Below, piece by piece: positions 29,505 to 39,165 of a stretch of DNA of 64,000 nucleotides. Position numbers and translations under genes: made by a program. Source of the DNA: Leptonemataceae bacterium (GTDB lineage: Bacteria > Spirochaetota > Leptospiria > Leptospirales > Leptonemataceae); NCBI GenBank assembly GCA_965227295.1, contig OZ245742.1, positions 3,968,001 through 4,032,000 of the forward strand, in the 5' to 3' direction. Under the pieces are notes generated by a model. The model was given only the letters and a program-made list of their open reading frames with translations. It was not told the DNA's origin and searched no databases. How positions within the stretch are numbered: position 1 is the first letter of the stretch; each line of letters starts with the position of its first letter.

Positions 29505-29965
29505 AAATCCGGACGTGTTCCCTCGAAGACTTCGCGCAGATCCTGGGGGAAATCGAGAATTACTGGGGCGATGATCGCACGCGTCATCTGCATCATCCGT
29601 TGCTCGTCCATGAGTTTCGGGACACGGCCTTCGTCATTAAAATCGGCGACGTGATTGCGGCCTATCTCTTCGGCCTTTTGGCCCGCGACGGCCGCTACGG
29701 TTACATCCACTTAAGCGCGGTCCGCGGTTCGCATCGCCGCCGGGGCCTCGCCACGCAGTTGTATCAGCACTTCTTCGACTACTGCCGGGCGCGGGACGTG
29801 AAGTCCGTGAAGGCGGTCACGACTCCCTGGAACGATTTTTCAATCCACTTCCACAAACACATGGGCTTTCGGTTGTTCGGTGAAACCGTAGAACACGGCG
29901 TGCCGGTGATCAAACACTACAGCGGCCCGGGCGAGGACCGCGTGGTGATGTTCAAGCGGTTGTAA
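29501..29965 (+). CDS. GNAT family N-acetyltransferase
   Basis: HRRRGLATQLY (motif A), NDFSIHFHKHMGF, YSGPGEDRV. ATGA overlap with the upstream gene. Confidence 0.9.
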   Translation: MKIRTCSLEDFAQILGEIENYWGDDRTRHLHHPLLVHEFRDTAFVIKIGDVIAAYLFGLLARDGRYGYIHLSAVRGSHRRRGLATQLYQHFFDYCRARDVKSVKAVTTPWNDFSIHFHKHMGFRLFGETVEHGVPVIKHYSGPGEDRVVMFKRL

Positions 29966-30978
29966 ACGCCCCGAATCGTAGTGTAAGTGGCGGCCAGTGT
30001 AAATTAAGACTTTTATGGGTACAACCGGTTCCAGCTGACGGGCGGAGGTCATGCCGGGGAGCGTGGTAAGGCGGACCGGAACGGCGTCTTCGTTTCGGAA
30101 AAACCATCAAGCGAAGGCGCACTCTGGAGCCCCGCTCTATCCGCGGGGCGGAGCGAGTGCGCCTTCGCGCCCGGCGCACCGGAACGGCGTCTTCATCGCA
30201 AGAATCACCTCGGTAGCTGAGTCGCACAACCGGCGTCCGGGTCGAAGCAAGCGTGCTTCGCAAAACGAAAAACCACAACTCCCGCTTCGCCGTAGCCATA
30301 AAAATCCCTTCACTGTTCCGCAACTCACTTCCTGTTTCTCACAGCAACAGTTGCGAACCGCAGCTCTTGAGCTACCGGCAACGCTCAGGTTGTTCGTAAA
30401 CGCCCCGAATCGTGGTGTAAGTGGCGGCCAGTGTAAATTAAGACTTTTATGGGTACGGCTGGTTCCAGCTGACGGGCGGAGGTCATGCCGGGGAATATGG
30501 TAAGGCGGACCGGAACGGCGTCTTCGTCGCAAGAATCGCCTCGGTAGCTGAGTCGCACAACCGCGTCCGGGTCGAACACAGCATTCTTAACAAAACGAAA
30601 TACCACAACTCCCGCGAGCCGTAGCCAAATCAATCCCTGCAAAATTTCGCAACTTACCTTATGATTCTCACGACAAACGCCGTGAACCGCAGCTCTTGAA
30701 TTACCGGAAACGCGCGGGTTGTTCGCGGACGCCCCGGATCGTAGTGTAAGTGGCGGCCAGTGTAAAATAAGGCTTTTATGGGTACGGCTGGTTCCAGGCG
30801 ACCACGGAGGTCATGCCGGGGAAATGTGGGGCGCGCACTGGAACGGCGTCTTCGCCGTAAGAGACGCAACGGGGACATAACGACCCCTTCACCGTTGCGC
30901 AACTTACTTCATGTTTCTCACGGCAATCGCAACGAACACGGCTCTTGAACTACCGGAAACGTTTTATTTGCTCGAGTA
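29962..30978. repeat. Tandem array 2 of the ~330-bp non-coding repeat
   Basis: Anchor gtcttc at 30086, 30189, 30520 and 30848. Two full units (331 and 328 bp) plus partial units; same conserved blocks as 5001-6080. Confidence 0.95.
30108..30169. repeat. 62-bp nested hairpin element (type B), copy 2
   Basis: Perfect 14-bp outer stem gcgaaggcgcactc/gagtgcgccttcgc; inner ccccgc-tctatcc-gcgggg. Confidence 0.8.
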
Positions 30979-30986
30979 TCGTGGGC

Positions 30987-32234
30987 TTACTCCGGCGCAA
31001 GCAACATCCCTGCGGCAACGGTACTGTTCGTTCCTTCGTCGATGAGAATGAACGAACCCGTGCGGCGGTTCTTGCGGTAGTCGTCGTAGAAGATCGGTGC
31101 GGCCACTTTTAACTCGACTTCGCCGATGTCGTTCAACGTGAGTTCGTCCGCGTTTTCCGTTTCGAGTCTCTCGATGTCCATGCGATTGTTCACGGCCTGG
31201 ACGATCGCGCGCACGCGATGCGTCGTGTGTTGCAACAGGAACTTCCCGCGCGGGCGGAGCGGTTCGTCGGTCATCCAGCAGAGTTTCGCGCGCAATTCTT
31301 TGCCGGCAAACGGAGCGTTGTCCGCGGGAACGATCATAGTGCCGCGGCTGGCGTCGACTTCGTCTTCCAGGCGCAACGATACCGCCATGGGAGCGAATGC
31401 GGCTTCGAGTTCCCCCTGAAAAACATCGATGCTTTTGATTTTCGTTTCGGTACCCGCGGGCAACACGCGCACGGTGTCGCCTTTGCGGAACGTGCCCGAG
31501 GCCACGCGGCCGGCGAAGGCCCGGTAGTCCGGATGCTCCGGGGTCTGCGGGCGGATTACCGTTTGTACGGGAAAGCGCGGATCCTCTAAGTTCTCGTCGT
31601 GTTCCAGCTCCACCGTCTCCAGGTGTTCCAGCAGCGTCGGTCCGTCGTAGTAACTCATATTCGGCGAACGTTTGACCACGTTTTCGCCTTCGAGAGCGGA
31701 GACCGGAATCACCCGGGAGTCGCGAATGCCGAGCTGTGCCGTGAGGGCCTTGAATCCGTCGCGGATTTTCTCAAACGTTTGTTGATCGTAACCTACCAGG
31801 TCCATCTTGTTCACGCAGAGCACCACGTGCGGAATTCCCAGAAGCGACGTGATGTAGCTGTGCCGGCGCGTTTGTTCGATGATGCCTTTGCGAGCGTCCA
31901 CGAGCAGGATGGCCAGGTTCGCCGTGGACGCGCCGGTGACCATATTGCGGGTGTACTGCACGTGGCCGGGCGTGTCCGCGATGATGAACTTGCGTTTGTC
32001 GGTGTTGAAGTACTTGTAGGCGACGTCGATGGTGATGCCCTGTTCCCGCTCGGCCTTGAGACCGTCGGTGAGCAGGGCGAGATTGAGCCGCTCGTCGCCG
32101 TTGCGCCGGCTGGATTTCTGGATGGCTTCGAGAAGATCCACCTGGACCGCCTCGCTGTCGAAGAGCATTCGCCCGATCAACGTGGACTTGCCGTCGTCCA
32201 CGCTGCCGCACGTTAGTAATCGTAAGAGTTCCAT
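30987..32234 (-). CDS. cysN: Sulfate adenylyltransferase subunit 1
   Basis: GSVDDGKST, AEREQGITID, DTPGH, NKMD; no C-terminal APS kinase domain. Confidence 0.97.
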   Translation of the reverse strand: MELLRLLTCGSVDDGKSTLIGRMLFDSEAVQVDLLEAIQKSSRRNGDERLNLALLTDGLKAEREQGITIDVAYKYFNTDKRKFIIADTPGHVQYTRNMVTGASTANLAILLVDARKGIIEQTRRHSYITSLLGIPHVVLCVNKMDLVGYDQQTFEKIRDGFKALTAQLGIRDSRVIPVSALEGENVVKRSPNMSYYDGPTLLEHLETVELEHDENLEDPRFPVQTVIRPQTPEHPDYRAFAGRVASGTFRKGDTVRVLPAGTETKIKSIDVFQGELEAAFAPMAVSLRLEDEVDASRGTMIVPADNAPFAGKELRAKLCWMTDEPLRPRGKFLLQHTTHRVRAIVQAVNNRMDIERLETENADELTLNDIGEVELKVAAPIFYDDYRKNRRTGSFILIDEGTNSTVAAGMLLAPE

Positions 32235-32286
32235 ATTTCGCTAACCGTTGTTCGTACGATCTTAGAAGGACCGCCCCGCTTGCGGT

Positions 32287-33231
32287 CTAGAAGTACCCGT
32301 CCCGCTTACGATCCTCCATGGCCGACTCGCTACGTTTGTCGTCCAGGCGGGCGCCGCGCTCGGTAATGCCGCTGTGCAAAATCTCGTCGATGATGTCGGA
32401 GATGCCCGTGGCCCGGGATTCCACGGCCGCGGTGCAGGTCATGTCGCCCACCGTGCGAAAGCGCACGGATTTTTCGGCGGGCTGATCGCGGTCGTCCATG
32501 TAGATGAACTCGTTGACCGGGAAGAGCTGGTTCTCCCGCGTAATGACCTCGCGTTCGTGGGAAAAGTAGAGGGACGGCACGTCGATTTGTTCGCGCTCGA
32601 TGTAGCGCCAGACGTCGAGTTCCGTCCAGTTCGAGAGCGGAAAGACGCGCACGTTTTCGCCCTTGTGGATTTTGCCGTTGAAGATGTGCCAGAGTTCGGG
32701 GCGTTGCAGCTTCGGATCCCAGGTGCCGAATTCATCACGTACGGAAAAGAAGCGCTCTTTCGCCCGGGCCTTTTCTTCGTCGCGGCGGGCGCCGCCCAGG
32801 CAGGCGTCGAATTGCAGTTCTTCGATGGCTTCGAGCAACGTCGTCGTTTGCAGGGAGTTTCGGGAGGCGTGGCGCCCGGTCTCTTCTTTGACGGTACCGC
32901 GGTTGATGGAATCCTGGACATAGCGCACGATGAGTTTTGCGCCGACGCTGGCGACCAGGTTGTCCCGGAACGTGATGGTCTCCGGGAAGTTGTGCCCGGT
33001 GTCGATATGGACGAGGGGAAACGGAATGGGCGCGGGCCAGAACGCCTTTCGGGCGAGATGGACCATGGTGATGGAGTCTTTGCCCCCGGAAAAGAGCAGG
33101 GCCGGGCGCTCAAACTGAGCCGCGGTCTCGCGCATAATGTAGATGGCCTCGCCTTCGAGAAGATCGAGGTGCTCCAGTACGTGGCCCGCGCCCGGGTTGG
33201 ATGATGACGGATTCATGGCGATTTGAGACAT
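32287..33231 (-). CDS. cysD: Sulfate adenylyltransferase subunit 2
   Basis: LFSGGKDS, GGARRDEEKARAKER, QRPELW, VRFRTVGD, MEDRKRDGYF. Confidence 0.97.
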   Translation of the reverse strand: MSQIAMNPSSSNPGAGHVLEHLDLLEGEAIYIMRETAAQFERPALLFSGGKDSITMVHLARKAFWPAPIPFPLVHIDTGHNFPETITFRDNLVASVGAKLIVRYVQDSINRGTVKEETGRHASRNSLQTTTLLEAIEELQFDACLGGARRDEEKARAKERFFSVRDEFGTWDPKLQRPELWHIFNGKIHKGENVRVFPLSNWTELDVWRYIEREQIDVPSLYFSHEREVITRENQLFPVNEFIYMDDRDQPAEKSVRFRTVGDMTCTAAVESRATGISDIIDEILHSGITERGARLDDKRSESAMEDRKRDGYF

Positions 33232-33420
33232 GTATGAGGATGTGTTTCCACGAATTCAAAGCGACCGCTGATCGCCTCTAATTTTTTGGAAGGAAATAGC
33301 GGCCGGAGATGCCGTCAAATCGTTTTCTTAGTATTCCTATAGAAAAGATAGGAATTGGCTTGCGGCTCGCGTGGGCAGGCGGATTTCTGCTCCTGAAGGC
33401 CGATTCGGGCCAATTATCGC

Positions 33421-33729
33421 ATGACTCAGACCGCAGACACAGTCCGGCCGGCCGGCTCGAACCAGGAAGACGACGACAATGACGGTGTCATTGAGGAGAA
33501 GGCCTACCGGAGCATCGTGAAAGCCGTATCCTGGCGCGCCACGGGGACCCTGGACACGATGATCATCTCGTATTTGATTACGGGCAACCTGACCGCCGCG
33601 GCTTCCATCGGCTTTCTCGAAGTTTTTACCAAAATGGTATTGTACTACTTCCACGAACGAATCTGGAGTAAGATCAAGCTCGGCCTGAAAGTGAAACGCA
33701 AGCCGCCGCCGGTCGACTACGAGATCTAA
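33421..33729 (+). CDS. DUF2061 family membrane protein
   Basis: RSIVKAVSWRATGTLDT...LYYFHERIW. Confidence 0.88.
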   Translation: MTQTADTVRPAGSNQEDDDNDGVIEEKAYRSIVKAVSWRATGTLDTMIISYLITGNLTAAASIGFLEVFTKMVLYYFHERIWSKIKLGLKVKRKPPPVDYEI

Positions 33730-33741
33730 GAGGAGCCGATT

Positions 33742-34485
33742 ATGACCACTGCCAGCATTACCGCCGACGAAATCAGCGAGCTGAACGAACGCTTTGCCGG
33801 CAAGGATCCGTCCGAGATCCTCGCCTGGGCCCTGGAACGTTTCGGGGAACGCATCACCCTGGCGTGCAGCCTGGGCCGGGAGGACACCGCGCTCCTGGAC
33901 ATGGCGGCAAAGGCCGCCCCGGAGAATGTTACGGCCCAGGCCTTCGTCCTGGATACGGGACGCCTGCACGAGGAAACCTACGAAACGCTTATGATGTGTC
34001 GGGACCGCTACGCCGGCCGGGCCGACCTTACGGTGATGTTTCCGAAGGCCGCGAGCGTGGAAGCGCTGGTGCGCAAGAAGGGCCCGTACTCATTCTACGA
34101 CAGCATCGATAATCGCAAGGAATGTTGCGGCATTCGCAAAGTGGAACCGCTTCGCCGTGCCCTGGCCGATAAAGACGCCTGGATCACCGGTCTGCGGCGG
34201 GCACAGTCCGTAACCCGTACCGATGCAAAGTTAGTAGAGATCGACGAGGCCCACGGCGGCATCCTGAAAATCAATCCACTCGTGGATTGGTCCACGGAGC
34301 AGGTGCAGGAATACGTTCAGGCGAACAAGGTTCCGGTGCACCCGCTGCATGCGAAGGGATTCCCGAGCATCGGTTGCCAGCCGTGTACCCGGGCCATCCA
34401 GACCGGCGAAGACGAACGCGCCGGCCGTTGGTGGTGGGAAGACCCGTCGAACAAAGAGTGCGGTCTCCACGTGAAAGAGTCGTAA
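33742..34485 (+). CDS. cysH: Adenylyl-sulfate (APS)/PAPS reductase
   Basis: LDTGRLHEETY, ECCGIRKVEPL, SIGCQPCT, RWWWE, ECGLH. Confidence 0.95.
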   Translation: MTTASITADEISELNERFAGKDPSEILAWALERFGERITLACSLGREDTALLDMAAKAAPENVTAQAFVLDTGRLHEETYETLMMCRDRYAGRADLTVMFPKAASVEALVRKKGPYSFYDSIDNRKECCGIRKVEPLRRALADKDAWITGLRRAQSVTRTDAKLVEIDEAHGGILKINPLVDWSTEQVQEYVQANKVPVHPLHAKGFPSIGCQPCTRAIQTGEDERAGRWWWEDPSNKECGLHVKES

Positions 34486-34507
34486 CTTGCTAATGTCCGG
34501 GAAAGGT

Positions 34508-35359
34508 ATGTTAAGCAATGCGCGGCCGGGGACGGTGTATCTGGTCGGCGCCGGGCCGGGGGATCCCGGTCTGTTGACCCTGCGCGCCGCGGAACTGCTG
34601 GCCCAGGCGGATGTTGTCCTGTACGATCGCCTGGTCGGTCGGGAAATCCTGGGGCGTGTCCGGGCCGGGGCGAAGCTCGTTTCGGTCGGGAAACGTCCGG
34701 GGCGCCCGGGGAAGAACCGCCAGCGGAGGATCGAACGTCTGCTGATTCATTATGCGCGCCGCGGGAAAATCGTGGTGCGCCTGAAGGGCGGGGATCCGTA
34801 CGTCTTCGGTCGCGGCGGAGAAGAGGCCCTGGCACTAACATCCAATGATATACAGTTTGAGATCGTCCCGGGCGTGAGCTCGGCCCACGCCGTGCCGGCC
34901 GCGGCGGGCATTCCCATCACCCATCGCGGAATGTCGACGGCCTTCGGTGTCTTTACCGGTCACGAGGCCGGGGACGGTACCGTGTCCAGCGGCATCCCCT
35001 GGTCGGCCGCGGCGCAGTTGCCGACGGCGGTCTTTCTGATGGGCGTGAAGATGCTGCCGGTCATCGTACGCAATCTCCTGCAACACGGCCGTGATCCGGA
35101 TACGCCGGTGGCCGTAATCTCGCGCGGCACGTTACCGGAACAGCGGGTCCTCACCGGATTTCTCGGTGACATCGTATTGCGCGCGGACATGTTTGCCAAT
35201 CAGGGCCGGGCGCTGGAGTCGCCGGCGAGCATCGTGGTCGGCGACACGGCCCGCCTGCACGAAATCCTGGGAAGCGCGGAGCCGGATGCTTTCGCCGACT
35301 TCTTTGATGAAGAACTGGAACTGATCTGGCGCGGCGATCTGCGGGCGCCGGTGGAATAG
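34508..35359 (+). CDS. cobA: Uroporphyrinogen-III C-methyltransferase (SUMT)
   Basis: VGAGPGDPGLLT, RLKGGDPYVFGRGGEE, IPITHRG. Start could be 34493. Confidence 0.95.
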   Translation: MLSNARPGTVYLVGAGPGDPGLLTLRAAELLAQADVVLYDRLVGREILGRVRAGAKLVSVGKRPGRPGKNRQRRIERLLIHYARRGKIVVRLKGGDPYVFGRGGEEALALTSNDIQFEIVPGVSSAHAVPAAAGIPITHRGMSTAFGVFTGHEAGDGTVSSGIPWSAAAQLPTAVFLMGVKMLPVIVRNLLQHGRDPDTPVAVISRGTLPEQRVLTGFLGDIVLRADMFANQGRALESPASIVVGDTARLHEILGSAEPDAFADFFDEELELIWRGDLRAPVE

Positions 35360-35365
35360 AGTTGG

Positions 35366-35475
35366 ACTCCGAGGACCGAGGAGCCGAGGTGTTTTGAGGA
35401 CGCTCGTCCTGTTCTACCGTGTCAGGCTATGCACGCTCTCGTTTTTTTGATTCTCGGTAGCTCGGTCCTCGGAGT
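35366..35475. repeat. REPIN/MITE-like element copy E2
   Basis: 15-bp inverted repeat actccgaggaccgag / ctcggtcctcggagt after the cobA stop. Confidence 0.85.
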
Positions 35476-35487
35476 GATTGATCTTTC

Positions 35488-36285
35488 ATGAATCGCATTG
35501 TCGCTAACGTTTACAAATTCCAGGACATCCCGCATCCCGACGTCACCGGCAAACGCTGGCACGAGCGGGCGCGCGCGTTGGCTTTGCGCGGGACGATCCT
35601 CATCGCCACCGAAGGCGCGAACATCGCCGTAGCCGGGAAATCCGAATCCGTTGAGGCATTCTTAAGGGAACTGCAACCCGAGCTTCCATTCGACGAAGCC
35701 TCCGTGAAACGCATGCCCATCGCGGAGGACGAAGAGCCCTTTCGGCGCATGCTATTGAAAGTCAAAAACGAGATCGTAACCACGGGCGGCTGGGATGCGG
35801 ACCTGGAGTTGAACGCGGGCACCTTCGTAAAGCCCGCGGACTTTCATCGCATGGCGGAAGATCCGAACGTCGTCTTCGTCGACACGCGCAACGAGTACGA
35901 GACGCGGGTCGGGACGTTCGCCGGTGCAATGACGTTACCGTTGGAGGGTTTCAGCGGACTCAAAGAACGCCTGGCCGAACTGGAACCCTACAAAAACAGG
36001 ACCATCGTCACGTTCTGCACCGGCGGCATTCGCTGCGAAAAAGCCGTGCCGATGATGCGCGCGCACGGCTTCGCGAACGTAAAACAACTCGAAGGCGGCA
36101 TCCTGAATTACCTGGAGCAGTATCCGGACGGTTTATGGGAAGGCGAGTGTTTCGTCTTTGACGATCGATGCACCGTCACGACGAAACTGGAGCGCGGTTC
36201 GTACGTGCTGTGTAAGTCTTGCGGTCAGCCGCGGCGCGAGGATGTCTGTGAAAATTGTGGGGCGGTCCAGGAGGAAGCAGGGTGA
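35488..36285 (+). CDS. trhO: Rhodanese-domain tRNA uridine(34) hydroxylase (TrhO/YceA family)
   Basis: GTILIATEGAN, KVKNEIV, DTRNEYE, FCTGGIRCEKA, GGILNYL, GECFVFDDR. Confidence 0.88.
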   Translation: MNRIVANVYKFQDIPHPDVTGKRWHERARALALRGTILIATEGANIAVAGKSESVEAFLRELQPELPFDEASVKRMPIAEDEEPFRRMLLKVKNEIVTTGGWDADLELNAGTFVKPADFHRMAEDPNVVFVDTRNEYETRVGTFAGAMTLPLEGFSGLKERLAELEPYKNRTIVTFCTGGIRCEKAVPMMRAHGFANVKQLEGGILNYLEQYPDGLWEGECFVFDDRCTVTTKLERGSYVLCKSCGQPRREDVCENCGAVQEEAG

Positions 36286-36396
36286 ACTCCGAGGATCGAG
36301 GTATCGAGTTTTAAAAAACAGAGAGCAATCATAACCCGAACGTATTCAAGCTCCCATCAACCTCCCTAAAAACCTCGGTAACTCGGTCCTCGGAGT
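36286..36396. repeat. REPIN/MITE-like element copy E3
   Basis: actccgaggatcgag / ctcggtcctcggagt, starting immediately after the trhO stop; spacer is inverted relative to E1. Confidence 0.85.
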
Positions 36397-36406
36397 CGAT
36401 GCCTCT

Positions 36407-36823
36407 TCAACCGTTCCGGAGCTTTGCAAGTTCCTCGTAGCTTTGCTCGATGGTGTCTTCGATGTTTCCGATGCGCTGGATCACCAGTTTGAGCAGTGAA
36501 TACGGAAAGATCGGATTCACACGCGCGATTTTCATGAAGATCGTTTCGTCCAGGTAGCCCAGTTTCGCCCACTTCGATACCACGCGCACGGTGGCGGTGC
36601 GGGCGCTCTTGTTCAGGATGGCCATTTCGCCGAAGAACTGGCCGGGTTTCAGTCGTGCCAGTTCGTGGGGTTCGCCGTCCACGTCACGGATGATGGCCAG
36701 TTCCCCCTCGGCCACGAAGTACATCTTGCCGTCGGACTCGTCGTCCTGTTTGAAGATGTCGTCGCCCTCCTTGCGCATGTCGATGGCGAGGTTGTTGACG
36801 TAGTTGAAGATGTTGAGCGACAT
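36407..36823 (-). CDS. Stand-alone cyclic nucleotide-binding domain protein
   Basis: MYFVAEGEL, GQFFGEMAIL..SARTATVR; no HTH. Confidence 0.9.
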   Translation of the reverse strand: MSLNIFNYVNNLAIDMRKEGDDIFKQDDESDGKMYFVAEGELAIIRDVDGEPHELARLKPGQFFGEMAILNKSARTATVRVVSKWAKLGYLDETIFMKIARVNPIFPYSLLKLVIQRIGNIEDTIEQSYEELAKLRNG

Positions 36824-37254
36824 TAGTAGATTCCCCGCTTGCGTTTTTCCTCGGCGAGCTCTTCCCGTACACGCTGAAGCTTATCCTCGGCCGCGAGCAG
36901 GCGGCCGATGGAATAGCGCATGAGGTAAAAGATGAACTGCGGGCTGCTGCCTGCCAGGCGTAACAGCATTTCTTTGTTGATTACGGCCATGTGCGCTTCA
37001 TCGCTGAGCACGCGGGCCGTGGCCAGGCGGTTGCGGGTGTGCACCAGGGCCATCTCGCCGAAGAAGTTGCCCGGGCCGATGCGGTTGATCTCCTCTTCCT
37101 GGCCGCCGGGGCGGTCTTTGAAAATACCCACCTCGCCCTTGAAAACGAAGAACATGGTATTGTCCGGCATGGAGCCTTCGGTGAAGATTACGTGGCCCTG
37201 GGGGAAACGCTTGGAACCGATCTTCTGGACGTACTCGAGGACCTTCGGGGACAC
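36823..37254 (-). CDS. Stand-alone cyclic nucleotide-binding domain protein
   Basis: MFFVFKGEV, GNFFGEMALV...RLATAR; TAATG overlap with the downstream paralog. Confidence 0.9.
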   Translation of the reverse strand: MSPKVLEYVQKIGSKRFPQGHVIFTEGSMPDNTMFFVFKGEVGIFKDRPGGQEEEINRIGPGNFFGEMALVHTRNRLATARVLSDEAHMAVINKEMLLRLAGSSPQFIFYLMRYSIGRLLAAEDKLQRVREELAEEKRKRGIY

Positions 37255-37313
37255 GGACGCATTTTCACGGGATGGTCCTCATCAGGCAAGTGGATTTATT
37301 GGGAGCGGGAGCA

Positions 37314-38135
37314 CTAAACACTCACTTCAAAATCGCGCAGGGCCTGCTCCAGGGTCGTTTTCTTATCGGTGCTTTCTTTGCGTTTGCCGATGATGAGCGC
37401 GGCCGGCGTGCCGTACTCCCCCGCGGGGAACTTCTTGATGCGCGTGCCGGGGATGACCACCGAGCGGGCAGGTACGCGGCCTTTGGTCACGACTTCCTGG
37501 GAACCGGTGACGTCGATGATCGGCGTGCTCGCCGTAATGACCACGTTGGCACCGAGCACGGCGCCTTCTTCGATCATGACTCCTTCGACGACGATGGCCC
37601 GCGATCCAAGAAAGGCGTTGTCTTCGATGATGACCGGCGCGCCCTGGGGCGGTTCCAGCACGCCGCCGATGCCGACGCCGCCGGAGAGATGCACGTTCTT
37701 ACCGATCTGCGCGCAACTTCCCACCGTGGCCCAGGTATCGACCATGGTGCCGCTGCTGACGTAAGCGCCGATGTTGACGTACGACGGCATCATGATGGCG
37801 CCGGGTTCGACGAAGGCGCCGTAACGGCATAGAGCCGGCGGCACCACGCGCACGCCGCGTTCTTTGTGATCGGTGCGCACGTCGATCTTATCGTGGAAAG
37901 TAAATTCGCCGGCGTTCATTTCGCGCATCTGCGTTACGCCGAAGTAGAGTAAGATTGCTTTTTTGGCCCAGGCGTTGACCTTCCATTCGCCCTGATTCAC
38001 GGGCTCGGCCACACGCAGTTTGCCGTCGTTCAACAAAGCGACGGCGTCTTTCACGGCCTGCTGGTTGGCGGGGTCTTTCAGGCCGTCGCGGATTTCGAAG
38101 AGTGCGTCGATCTTTGATTGGAGTTCTGCGGACAT
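37314..38135 (-). CDS. dapD: 2,3,4,5-tetrahydropyridine-2,6-dicarboxylate N-succinyltransferase
   Basis: WAKKAILLYF, MPSYVNIGAYV, DTWATVGSCAQIG, GIGGVLEP. Confidence 0.96.
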   Translation of the reverse strand: MSAELQSKIDALFEIRDGLKDPANQQAVKDAVALLNDGKLRVAEPVNQGEWKVNAWAKKAILLYFGVTQMREMNAGEFTFHDKIDVRTDHKERGVRVVPPALCRYGAFVEPGAIMMPSYVNIGAYVSSGTMVDTWATVGSCAQIGKNVHLSGGVGIGGVLEPPQGAPVIIEDNAFLGSRAIVVEGVMIEEGAVLGANVVITASTPIIDVTGSQEVVTKGRVPARSVVIPGTRIKKFPAGEYGTPAALIIGKRKESTDKKTTLEQALRDFEVSV

Positions 38136-38207
38136 TCATCCAGAAAAATCGGGGTGGTGGCTGCGGAAAACCAAAATAAACCGCGGATCATGTAGTAAGA
38201 AATTTTT

Positions 38208-38304
38208 GGGCGCGTCGCCTGCGGCGACCGGGCTACTTCGGGCTCCGCCTTCGGCTGCGGTCCTTCGGACTCGCGCTACGCGCGACCCTGCGTATCCCTC
38301 ACGC
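38208..38304 (+). ncRNA. Multi-hairpin structured RNA/repeat, Acido-Lenti-1-like (copy 1)
   Basis: gggcg-[hairpin]-cgggctccgc..gctgcggtc-[hairpin]-gact-[hairpin]-accct.cg.atccctcacgc. Homolog on the minus strand at 45553-45668. The family name is from memory only. Confidence 0.5.
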
Positions 38305-38316
38305 GAAGAGGGGCGT

Positions 38317-39024
38317 TTAAGGCTCTTTCTTCGCCGGCAGGTCGTTCGTTAAGTAAAACTCAAACGCAGTTACGAGCGCGTCTTTCTGATTCGCCCAGGC
38401 CGTCTCCGGGTCTTCGCCGCGGAAGATCTCCAGCGTAATCGTGGGGATGTTGCGCTCCCAGCCCGTGTAGGTGCCGAGGCTGCCCGGCGTCGGATAGCCG
38501 ATGTCGCCCTTCGGAGGCAGGCCGTTCTTCGCGGACATAGCCGCTGCGAGATTTTCGCACGGCCCGTTGAAGTTGATCATGGCGTGTTCGTAGGAGTGCA
38601 GCGAGACGATCATGGCGGGCGCAATGCCTGTCAGAATTTCGAGGGTGAGCTTCGATTCGGGCTCGCTGCCGGCGGACGCGCCGGGATAGTAGCGCACGTT
38701 GGTGAATTCGCCGACCCAGTCTTGCGTGGGCAGGTTGCGATTCAAATCGACGTTGTGGCCGTTCGTCCGGCGATCGGCGGCACAGCCGTCGGGATTCAGG
38801 CGCGGCGTAATGAAGAGCGAGAGGCCTTTTTCTAACTGAATATCACCGGCAGTTACGGCGTCCCGGAAGCGTTCGGCGAGGAGATAGCCCTCGGATTCGT
38901 CACCGTGCACGCCGCCGATGAGCCAGACGTGGAGCCCACCCGTACCGAAACGACTGAGTTCAATGTCCCGGCCCATCACGGACTTGCCGGCGATTGCTGT
39001 CTTTCCTGATTCGGGGAGTTGCAT
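38317..39024 (-). CDS. mpaA: M14 zinc peptidase, murein tripeptide amidase MpaA-like
   Basis: GGVHGDE, NPDG, VDLNRN, SLHS, GYPTPGSLGTY, ITLE. Confidence 0.85.
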   Translation of the reverse strand: MQLPESGKTAIAGKSVMGRDIELSRFGTGGLHVWLIGGVHGDESEGYLLAERFRDAVTAGDIQLEKGLSLFITPRLNPDGCAADRRTNGHNVDLNRNLPTQDWVGEFTNVRYYPGASAGSEPESKLTLEILTGIAPAMIVSLHSYEHAMINFNGPCENLAAAMSAKNGLPPKGDIGYPTPGSLGTYTGWERNIPTITLEIFRGEDPETAWANQKDALVTAFEFYLTNDLPAKKEP

Positions 39025-39043
39025 TATTCAATCCAAAAGATAG

Positions 39044-39156
39044 ACACCGAGGATCGAGGGACCGAGGATTTTTTCGGGAGGGCGATCGTAGCCTGAATGC
39101 TTTCGGGCTAAGTTAGATCTCTAGAAATCTTTTCTCGGTTCCTCGGTCCTCGGAGT
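39044..39156. repeat. REPIN/MITE-like element copy E4
   Basis: acaccgaggatcgagg / cctcggtcctcggagt, just downstream of the ugd stop. Confidence 0.85.
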
Positions 39157-39165
39157 GGAAATTTC

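Noticed and set aside
8772..35359. A B12 super-locus linking the CarH-like gene, nrdJ and cobA
   Set aside because: The genes are in separate transcription units, and cobA sits in a cys cluster where siroheme synthesis explains it better.
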